The position numbers and the translations under genes were made by a program. From positions 8,378,066 through 8,442,065 of the forward strand of contig NW_002060943.1 of NCBI RefSeq assembly GCF_000150275.1: a stretch of DNA of 64,000 nucleotides, given 5' to 3'. Below the pieces are notes generated by a model. The model was not told where the DNA came from, did not search any database, and saw nothing but the letters and a program-made list of their open reading frames with translations. This stretch comes from Trichoplax adhaerens (Eukaryota > Animalia > Placozoa). Numbering within the stretch: the stretch's first letter is position 1; each line of letters begins with the position of its first letter. Below are positions 12,747 through 22,913 of the stretch, in pieces.

Positions 12747-15136
12747 CTAATCTTGAGGATGATGTGTATCTCTCGATACTTTACACAGAATGACGTCAGT
12801 GATTTTTTTAGAAATTTTTATAGCTTTTCCTGTTGGTATTAATAGGATTACGAAAGCTAAAATAAGTAAAACCGTACCAAAAATTTTGGCTTCCGTAAAT
12901 GCTAAATTGCGTGTTACTGCATCAATAATCGAGTTTAAAGGTATTCCAAAAAGTGCACCAAGGGAAACGAATATCGGATAAGTTATGGCAATCCCAATTA
13001 CAAGTAAAAAATTATATAATACATTAAATACAACAGCTACCATTAGCGGTCCCCAAGGAATAGTAGACCATAAATTTATATCAACGCCGATATTGCTTAG
13101 TATAATTACTGGTATCCAAGATAAGAAGAGCGATATTACACCAATATTGGAAACTAGTAATGATATCTGAAGGAGCGGCCTGTCGCCAATTATTAATTTT
13201 ACGAAAACCTATATAATGTAATAATAAGGTGATACAGAAATTACACAATAAATAGTGTTGGTGCCTTAATCAATACTCGTATAAACACTATTTTACGATG
13301 ATCAATTTTTGGAAAGTTTGATCTACTTACGCGATAGAATGCGCTTATAACAGAGCAAGCAACAGCTAATACTACGCCTATTATCGCAAAGGTTCCAAAG
13401 CCATCAGAATATGCAAATAACACAACACCAATAATAGATAAAATTACAGCTCCAGCCTAAAATCGACAAATACAGATGTACGAGTATTAATAGTTGTCAG
13501 ATACATTAACTATTCAGGAATTCATCCTATATTAAGGCTAGATCACTTTAATCAAAACATGCGTCTACTAAAAATTTAGTATATACAGTACTGTACTGTA
13601 GGTACAAGCGATTGATACACTTATACACCCGATCTTTCTACGAATAAAAAGGTTCTAAAAATTGTTTTAAATTACCCTAAGAAGAATAAATTGTTCTTTC
13701 AATAGTATGATGGAAAGAATATAAACAAACGCAGCAGTCGAAGAGAAAATAGCAGTCATATCGGATGGCGCAATGAACTGTAAAGCGTAAAAATTCGTTA
13801 CAATTGCACCATTTAGCGTTAATGCCAATAAAAGAATTCGGAGGAAAACTGTTCTTATGATTCCATGCTCAGAATAAAGTAGTTTAGCTTCACTAGTAAA
13901 GGAAAGATGAATATAATTTCAGAATTTCATAAACAGTCAGTTCTACATAAAAAGTTATTTCTCGCATATGTTTGTATAATTGATAATTTTAACCTGCAGC
14001 ACTGTTGGAAACTGTAACCGTTGAATAGGATCATTAAGAATGAGATACTTGGAAATATGATAACATATGAGGACATCCCTAACCTTTTATTTATAGATAC
14101 AAAAAAAAATTTTCTGTCAGTTGAAAGTGTTTTTTAAAACCATTGTTTAGAGTCTTAGATTACTGGCATAAAATATTAACTTTACTGCATACGTACTGTG
14201 ACAGAGTGGACATAAATACAGCAAAAGATGCACTTGTAATTGTTACCTTTTGATAATGTTAACTGGATTAACATATTAGCTATGACTGCAAATGATGTAT
14301 CTGACAACTAGCGCAGCAGCACTTAAATTATATTAAAAGATTTCGAAATTATCTTACGATTATATAAATTACTCTTGAAGCCTATTATTTGTGCTTCTTA
14401 CCATGTATAAAACGCCACAGAAGTAAAATTATGTTCGATTGAGTATAAATTTTTCCCAAATTGGTTCAACAAGCTAAAGCAAACAGCAATGAGTATCACC
14501 ACGGTAATTCCAATAATTGCTTGTTTAACTGATAAAGAAATTTTATTTTGTCGCGTCTCCCGTAATAGGTCATCATCTACGAGATAATTATTATATTAAT
14601 TACTAATACAATTTCTATATTGTAAACGATCGTTTATAAATGGACTTGATAGTAAATTACGTGTACATCGTAATTTTAAAATAAAATCTATTCTGGTTAT
14701 TTACTCTCAAGTTTAGATTTATGAAGAGGACTTACTATTTCTAAGTTCAATAGCAAGATCATAACTATTCATCGATGGATGGCGGCTGCAATTTGATTTT
14801 GCATGATTTTCTGCACGTTCTAGCAAATTGTTATAGTTAATCAGAAAAGTCATCCTATGCAGTCTATACAGCGATAAGGTTTAATTGTAATATATTATCA
14901 CTGAGGTGCGTGAACACCATTATTGGTTGTTATGAGACTTTTTGAGTATCTTTTGCGTTAAGCAGGAGTAAGCATATCTTAATTGGCTTTAAATAATTTT
15001 ACTCTTTGCTAATGAATGGAGTTTAAGTTTTCAGACTATAGAATAATCATCTCTAACGCTAGCAAACTAGTTCTAGGAGTGTTGGTGTTTCCAATATCGT
15101 ATCAAAAATACCTGATGGTTGCGTTTTCTTTTCCAT
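12747..15136 (-). CDS. SLC35F3/F4-like DMT transporter, copy 3, 7 exons
   Basis: Exons in transcript order: 15136-15112, 14810-14736, 14576-14402, 14083-13994, 13892-13676, 13456-13331, 13208-12747. Starts MEKKTQPS and ends DTHHPQD*. Ten hydrophobic segments. Confidence 0.9.
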
Positions 15137-17323
15137 AGCGTTTATTAAAAATAAGTTATAAATATCTAATCAGACCTATAGTATCGTATTGATCTTATTG
15201 GAAATAGTTAATATAACGTTTTCGTTGTGAGCTTCGTAACCTATACTGTAGTAATAAAATTGCACGAATTAATTGCTGATTTTAAACGATAACAAGGGTT
15301 GCTAATTGCGATATATACGCATTAATTCAGTGGTTCGATCATTGCCAGTGAAAATTATTTCTTCAACTGCATTATTTTAGGTACGTTATACTCGTAGTTT
15401 GGCTCTAAAATGATCATTTAATCCTATAACTGAAATACCCAATGAAACTATTGGCATTTATCAACATTATCGGCTCTAGTAGACCAATATCTGAACATCT
15501 GTCGTTAATGCCTGCTTGGTAAAATAGTAACTCTACCGTTAGCTGGTTATCCTACTGTATTGTGATCAAAATAGCACTGCACGGTAGCACAGTCTGTATC
15601 AAATATGGAAAGATCGAATAATAACGGTAATAATCAATTATTGCTATAAGAGTCAATATATTCAACTGGAGTAATCAATTTGACATGTAGTCAGTACGTT
15701 TCCTGCGGATTAATGTCGACGTCCATTAAAATGACATAAGTAAAAGTTTTCCTCAAAAATGAAATCTTATATTTATTATTCAAAGAAAGCGGAACATTAA
15801 CTATGTTACAAGGTATCACGTGATGCCACACTTCCAGCCTTCTTGGAAAGTAAAAAATAGAAATAAAAGAAAATGTCTACATCGCGTATTTTAAAAGGGA
15901 GAAATTGTATTTCTAGCTTGGATAGGCAAGTGTCTTAATCATCTGAATTGGCAGGATATAGGTACTTGTAGTCATTTCGGTTTAGGAAGATGATTGAATA
16001 AGGTATCGATCATCCTTTCTTTACCTACCGAAATAGGATTATGACGACTGGGCTTCAAACGTAATCATTAAATAAAGGTTTTGTTGAATAATAATACAAA
16101 GGGCAATTTAAATCGATTTACCGAACCTTTCTCAGGTCTAGCATAGACAGAATTTGGTAACTTACGTCGATGGAATGCGTGTATGATAGAAGGAGAAATT
16201 TTGTAGGACTTATCTTGGCTCATTGAATTGGATTGAACATGCGATTGGTGTTGCTTTTCAACCATGAATCATTGAACAACGTCTGACGTTGTCTTGGTTG
16301 TCTTCGTCGCATGTAAGTTGCAAACTTAATGATCAAGGCTGTCAGGAGCGATCAAGAGCCATTAATCGATGTATATTAAGTATGTACCGATGCATTCAGT
16401 GCTAACTATGTTGATTCTCCAATCATGGTTTGTTTGTTCTATAATCATACGATAGAGATTTTTTTGCTGACCCAATTAGGCCTGGATTGCTAACTGTAAT
16501 GAATATGATTATTTTAGTTGCTCCTCGTAGGGTACGTACGTATAAGGATGTGAAGATGAGGCCATTTATTCGATTTGCGTACTTGCACCATCCATTGGAT
16601 TTAATTCAATCAATCAAGGCAAGTGCATAGTAGGGTTAGGCGATTTGTATAAAGGATGAACGGGAGAAAAGAGAATTTACTGTTTGAACGTGCATGATTG
16701 AAAGTTGACTGACAGTCTTGTAACGATGGACACATGCAGTGCATTCTATCATGGATCACTAGCAGAAAACCTTTTCTTCTAGTGGTCCATCACTCGATCT
16801 ACTGTTGGCTTTAAGTTCAGTGAATGACAGTTAAGATGGATACGTACAGCACATTTAGCAGGCAAAATGGAGTGGACGTATATCTGTTATGTCTACCGAT
16901 TTCAAGAGACGATTTTTTTTCAGTTGTGTTGAAATTTTTCGCTAGTTTACTGGCTTACAGAAGGTGCTGTCTACCGAGCCAAGGTAAGGCAACAAATAGC
17001 TAGGAGGGGGGGGGGAGTGCAAGCTCACGGGTGACTACTGTAGGCGGATGTCACCAGTTGCTTGTACAATATTCAGTACAGTCTCCATGATTGACGTTCA
17101 CGCAAGCATGTCTCGCCACCGGTCAAGGTCCAATCTGTACACTCACCCAGTGTACGTGTACAGTACAGTATTGTACTGTATTGTACTGACTGACTTAGGA
17201 CTAAGAGATTCCCCCCCCCCCCCCTAAAGTATAGCCGCCGCGGCACTTCCGCTGACTAGTCCATAAGTATTTGATGGACTTGTACAATTATAAAAGAGAA
17301 AAAAGTACCTTAACATCCGCCCA

Positions 17324-17910
17324 GCCCAGTTTATTGCTGCGGAGTACAGACTAACTGTAAATAAATTGAAGAGGATTTTTCTCTCTGTGCTTGCAATTTG
17401 ACAGTATTTGGTGGACTTGTAGCCCAGTTCATTGCAGCAGAGTACAGACTAACTGTAAATAAATTGAAGAGGATTTTTCTCTCTGTGCTTGCAATTTGAC
17501 AGTATTTGGTGGACTTGTAGCCCAGTTCATTGCTGCGGAGTACAGACTAACTGTAAATAAATTGAAGAAGATTTTTCTCTCTGTGCTTGCAATTTGACAG
17601 TATTTGGTGGACTTGTAGCCCAGTTCATTGCAGCAGAGTACAGACTAACTGTAAATAAATTGAAAAGGATTTTTCTCTCTGTGCTTGCAATTTGACAGTA
17701 TTTGGTGGACTTGTAGCCCAGTTCATTGCAGCAGAGTACAGACTAACTGTAAATAAATTGAAAAGGATTTTTCTCTCTGTGCTTGCAATTTGACAGTATT
17801 TGGTGGACTTGTAGCCCAGTTCATTGCAGCAGAGTACAGACTATCTCTAAATAAATTGAAGAGGATTTTTCTCTCTGTGCTTGCAATTTGACAGTATTTG
17901 GTGGACTTCT
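17324..17910. repeat. 98-bp minisatellite, 6 near-identical copies
   Basis: Unit GCCCAGTTCATTGC(A/T)GC.GAGTACAGACTAACTGTAAATAAATTGAA..GGATTTTTCTCTCTGTGCTTGCAATTTGACAGTATTTGGTGGACTTGTA starts at 17324, 17422, 17520, 17618, 17716 and 17814. Confidence 0.97.
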
Positions 17911-18565
17911 AAAGGGAAAGAAGTCCCTACAAATGTCTCGAGCATTTCTTGTCTTCTTTTTGACTACAACGAGTATACGCGTTTACGAATATTGGTATAA
18001 TTGCATGCACTACCGTAGCAGAACGTAGTCAATGTCTTCGTTGAGACGAAAATTTTAATTACTGTACTGAGTATAATTACACGAAATTGTTTTGACAGGG
18101 CTATAGGGATCTAGTATACGCGCTTTAGAGATCTTTTTCTTAATTTCTTGGGTTATCAATGAATGATTAAAGGACTGTTTATGAATAGTTACTGTACTTA
18201 AAGCCAGAGTATTACTATAATAATCTTATCGAAATACCCGTATATACGACTATGTCCCTATATAAAATTTATTACTGAATCATCAATTCATTTTGGTATT
18301 TTATTAAAATCAGATCATCTCAGAAACTTTTTAAAAGAGTTTCCTTTAATTTAAAGCTAATGGTTATGTAAAGAAAATGAGTACTTCCACGGACTTATTA
18401 ATAAATTAATAAATGATCAAAGGATTATTTTTGCGAACATTTATGACATTAAAAGTCACAATCATATGCTTTATGATAATACGAGTAGATCGTGCCTGCA
18501 AAATTCTTTTAAATTACGATTAATGCTTACACAAATTATTTAATATATGTATAGTACAATTAGTT

Positions 18566-21279
18566 CTAATCTTGAGGATGATGTGTATCTTTCGATACTT
18601 TACACAGAATGATGTTGGTAAATTTTTGAGAAATTTTTATAGCTTTTCCTGTTGGTATTAATAGGATTACGAAAGCTAAAATAAGTAAAACCGTACCAAA
18701 AATTTTGGCTTCCGTAAATGCTAAATTGCGCGTTACTGCATCAATAATCGAGTTTAAAGGTATTCCAAAAAGTGCACCAAGGGAAACGAATATCGGATAA
18801 GTTATGGCAATCCCAAGTATAACCAAAAAATTATATAATACATTAAATGCAACAGCTACCATTAGCGGTCCCCAAGGAATAGTAGACCATAAATTTATAT
18901 CAACGCCGATATTGCTTAGTATAATTACTGGTATCCAAGATAAGAAGAGCGATATTACACCAATATTGGAAACTAGTAATGATATCTGAAGGAGCGGCCT
19001 GTCGCCAATTATTAATTTTACGAAAACCTATATAATGTAATAATAAGGTGATGCAGCAATTACACAATAAATAGTGTTGGTGCCTTAATCAATACTCGTA
19101 TAAACACTATTTTACGATGATCAATTTTTGGAAAGTTTGATCTACTTACGCGATAGAATGCGCTTATAACAGAGCAAGTAACAGCTAATACTACGCCTAT
19201 TATCGCAAAGGTTCCAAAGCCATCAGAATATGCAAATAACACAACACCAATAATAGATAAAATTACAGCTCCAGCCTAAAATCGACAAATACAGATATAC
19301 GAGTATTAATAGTTGTCAGATACATTAACTATTCAGGAATTCATCCTATATTAAGGCTGGATCACTTTAATCAAAACATGCGTCTACTAAAAATTTAGTA
19401 TATACAGTACTGTACTGTAGGTACAAGCGATTGATACACTTATACACCCGATCTTTCTACGAATAAAAAGGTTCTAAAAATTGTTTTAAATTACCCTAAG
19501 AAGAATAAATTGTTCTTTCAATAGTATGATGGAAAGAATATAAACAAACGCAGTAGTCGAAGAGAAAATAGCAGTCATATCGGATGGCGCAATGAACTGT
19601 AAAGCGTAAAAATTCGTTGTAATGCCAGCATTTAACATCAATGCCAATAAAAGAATTCGGAGGAAAACTGTTCTTATGATTCCATGCTCAGAATAAAGTA
19701 GTTTAGCTTCACTAGTAAAGGAAAGATGAATATAATTTCAGAATTTCATAAACAGTCAGTTCTACATCGAAAGTTATTTATATGCTTGCATAATTGATAA
19801 TTTTAACCTGCAGCACTGTTGGAAACTGTAACCGTTGAATAGGATCATTAAGAATGAGATACTTGGAAATATGATAACATATGAGGACATCCCTAACCTT
19901 ACATTTAAAAATATAAAAAAGAAATTTCTGTTAGTTGAAAGTGTTTCATAAAACTCCTGTTTAGAGCCTCTGATTACTGGCATAAAATAGTAACTTAAGT
20001 TATTACATATAGTGACAGAGTGGATAAATAAACACACTGATTGAATTGATACAACTTATAGATCTTACCTTTTTGTGATGCTAACTGTATAAGCATATTA
20101 ACTATGACTGTTAATGATGTATCGGACAACTAGTACATTACAGCACGTAATTTACACGATTTCGAAATTTTTATCTATTGCTATACAGTATACTGTATAT
20201 GTTAATGTTTCTTTAAGCAAATTAGAATTAATTTATTGTGCTTCTTACCATGTATAAAATGTCACAGAAGTAAAATTATGTTCGATTGAATATAAATTTT
20301 TCCCAAATTGGTTCAGCAAGCTAAAGGTAACAGCAATAAGTATCACCACAGTAATTCCAACAATCGCTTCTTTAACTGATAAAGAAATTTTATTTTGTTG
20401 CTTCTCCCGTAATAGGTCATCATCTACCACATAATTATTAAATTTATAAATTAGTAATACAATTTCTATTTTATAAATGATCGTTTCAAAGTGATTTCAA
20501 CAGTAAATTATGTGTGTGGATCGTAATTAAAATCTCGAACTCCTACAAAAGAAAGACACGGGACATGAAACGGTCGTTCGTTATAGTGATAATGTGGAGG
20601 CTGATTATTTTACCGGTCATTTCATCTGTATTGTATGTCTCCACGACACACTGTTCTGTCCGTAGTTGACATCTAAATTAACTGCTATAAGCCTGCTAAA
20701 TTAGTTTGTATAGTGTGGTATACGGCTTCGTTGGCACAGTTTAGTTGAATGACCGAGAAAATAATAAGCCTCCACACTATTTTGCGTTGAAGGCCGTTTC
20801 CTTGTCCGCCTTTTTCTTTTAGCAATCTCTGTTAAAGTAAAACAGTATTCTAGCTATTTACTCTCGAGTTTAGATTTATGAAGAAGACTTACTGTTTGTA
20901 AGTTCAATAGCAAGATCATAGCTATTCATTGATGGACGGCGGCTGCAATTGGATTTTGCATCATTCTCTGCAAGTACTAGCAAATTGTTACAGTTAATCA
21001 GAAAAGTCATTGCTATCTAGCATACGATATCCAGCAATAGAGGTTTAATTAAGAGATGTTTTTAGAATATCTTTCACATTGAGCAGGAGTCACAATGAGT
21101 CTCTATAAGAGTAAGCATGTCCTAATTTGTTTTAAATAATTTTACTTTTTGCTAATGAATGAAATTTAAGTTTCCGGTCTATGGAATAGCCATTTCTAGC
21201 ACTAGTAAACTAGTTGAAAGAGTGTTGGTGTTTCAAATATCCTATTATAACTACCTGATGGTTCCGTTTTCTTTTCCAT
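18566..21279 (-). CDS. SLC35F3/F4-like DMT transporter, copy 4, 7 exons
   Basis: Exons 21279-21255, 20967-20893, 20423-20249, 19897-19808, 19711-19495, 19275-19150, 19027-18566. Exon sizes are identical to copy 3. Confidence 0.9.
20531..20831. mobile_element. ~300-bp MITE-like insertion in intron 2 of copy 4
   Basis: Absent at the homologous intron position in copies 3 and 5. Flanked by TTAA (20527-30, 20832-35). Imperfect ~75-bp inverted repeats at 20547-20623 and 20747-20820 (GTGGAGGCTGATTATTTTACCGGTCATT / AATGACCGAGAAAATAATAAGCCTCCAC). Confidence 0.8.
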
Positions 21280-21513
21280 AGCGTTTATTACAAATAAGTT
21301 ACGAATATCTAATCAGACCCACTATATCCTTTTGGTAATAGTTTATAGCAAGAGCTGTCTACCAAGCAGTGAAGGCGGATCAATTGATCCGTAAAGGCAA
21401 CAAGTAGCCAGGAGGCCGTGCAGCGTACGGTAGCCAACCAATTTGATGGCTACTTTGGGGACGCACTTGTAAACAGTACAATGTACGATTACAGACAGAC
21501 GTACTGTGTAGCA

Positions 21514-21587
21514 GAAATGACCAGAAAAAAAAGCCCTCACATTTTTTGTCGATGGAAAGTCGTTTCTTGTCCCTCTCTTTTCTTCCG
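21514..21587. mobile_element. Solo diverged end of the same MITE family
   Basis: GAAATGACCAGAAAAAAAAGCCCTCACATTTTTTGTCGATGGAAAGTCGTTTCTTGTCCCTCTCTTTTCTT aligns by eye to 20747-20820. Confidence 0.65.
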
Positions 21588-21990
21588 CGTTGTAGTCCTG
21601 GTTACGCGAATGTCAGCAAGGGCTTATAGCTCTTACTGTCTCAATGGTTCATACAAATTCGTTTAAATGATGGAATAATCTACTTTGTCTCAAGGAACGT
21701 GGAACGCTACGATAGCGGTCACATGCTATTTTAAGACCAATTACGCTGTAGAGACCTCCAACTTTTTCCTCCGAGGCAAAATATAAGTAAATAATTTTTT
21801 TTTATATTCTGTCGACTTTTATTACTGTCTCACTTTGGACAAAGACCTAAGGAATTGACTTTTATCTTAGTAGGGGGAGGTGCCGGGGACAAAGCACATT
21901 ATCATTATCCTATTATCTGAACCAAGTCTGAACGAATCTGCAAATACATCCAAGATTTTCGCTAAAAAGCCCCTGATAGATGCAACATTG

Positions 21991-22028
21991 TGGCCAGTGA
22001 CTTGCCACTGGCCAGGATCGATTCTAGT
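21991..22028 (+). mobile_element. Helitron-like 3' terminus (hairpin + CTAG|T)
   Basis: Perfect 9-bp stem TGGCCAGTG-acttgc-CACTGGCCA (21991-22014), then 9 nt, then CTAG (22024-27) followed by T. The 5' end was not identified. Confidence 0.55.
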
Positions 22029-22913
22029 GTCGTAGAGTGCAGTACTAATGCTCTATTCAAATACGGTAATTACTACTATTCAAGTTAGTTGTAGTCCATG
22101 GTTTAGCGAATTAAAGGAAATTTTCCTATCTGGTTTAAGGGACTCCATGCCTAGTGTAACAGAGTCATCGCTGAACTGACGATCACTAATTAATAAGACT
22201 CAAAAGCTAAATTGTACAGTATTGGAGCGCATTTTAAAACTATTCTTCGTAGAACATGCTTTCAATAATTCGTATACGTGTAATTAGCCAACAAATCCTC
22301 AATTCTGAGTTTAAATTAGATGTAGCAATGAATTGTACATTATAGTAAAGTTGAAAAAGTCTTAACATTCTTCGTATTCTTCTTTGACCTCTACGACTAC
22401 ATCCATCTTAGTAGCATGTAGTCAATGTCTCCGTTGGAGCGGAAATTTGTTATTATACAGTTTTATTACACCAAATTTTTTGGTGATTGCAATAGGGATC
22501 TAGCGTACACGGTTTAGAAATCTTTTTCCTAATTTTGTGGGTTATGAATGAATGATTAAAAGATTTATTATGAATAATTACCGTGTTAGCCGGAGTATTA
22601 TCACAATAATTTAAATAATATAATTTATTACCTAACTATCAATTCATTTTACAATTAATGATCACGTAAAAAATAAATGAGTACTTTCACCCTTTGTCGC
22701 TTTCACGGACTTATTAATAAATTAATTAATAAATATTTAAGAGATTATTTTGCTAACATTTATTGCATTACAAGTCACAATCATACCGATGTGATCTAAA
22801 TAATTCATTACCTAGTACGCAATTCATTTTGAATATTTTATGGTAACTGATTGCTACAGAATTCTTTAAATTACCACTAATGCTTACATAAATAATTTAA
22901 TGAATAAATATAA

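Noticed and set aside
12790-13170. Plus-strand ORFs 12790-12981 and 12985-13170 (likewise 18804-18989, 9656-9844, 32108-32377, 57359-57640)
   Set aside because: They are antisense shadows of real exons on the other strand.
16068-16265. 65-aa minus-strand ORF in the copy-3-specific upstream insertion
   Set aside because: No recognisable homology, short, and not supported by flanking exons.
17324-17910. CRISPR-like array (also 26669-27330 and 60104-60700)
   Set aside because: The units are fully repeated with no unique spacers, no cas genes are present, and the context is eukaryotic and intron-containing.
12747-21279. Copies 3 and 4 as an uncollapsed-haplotype artefact
   Set aside because: Near-identity is confined to ~1.1 kb. 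The 5' introns and both flanks are substantially diverged, and copy 4 is closer to copy 5 there. Long reads would still be the decisive test.
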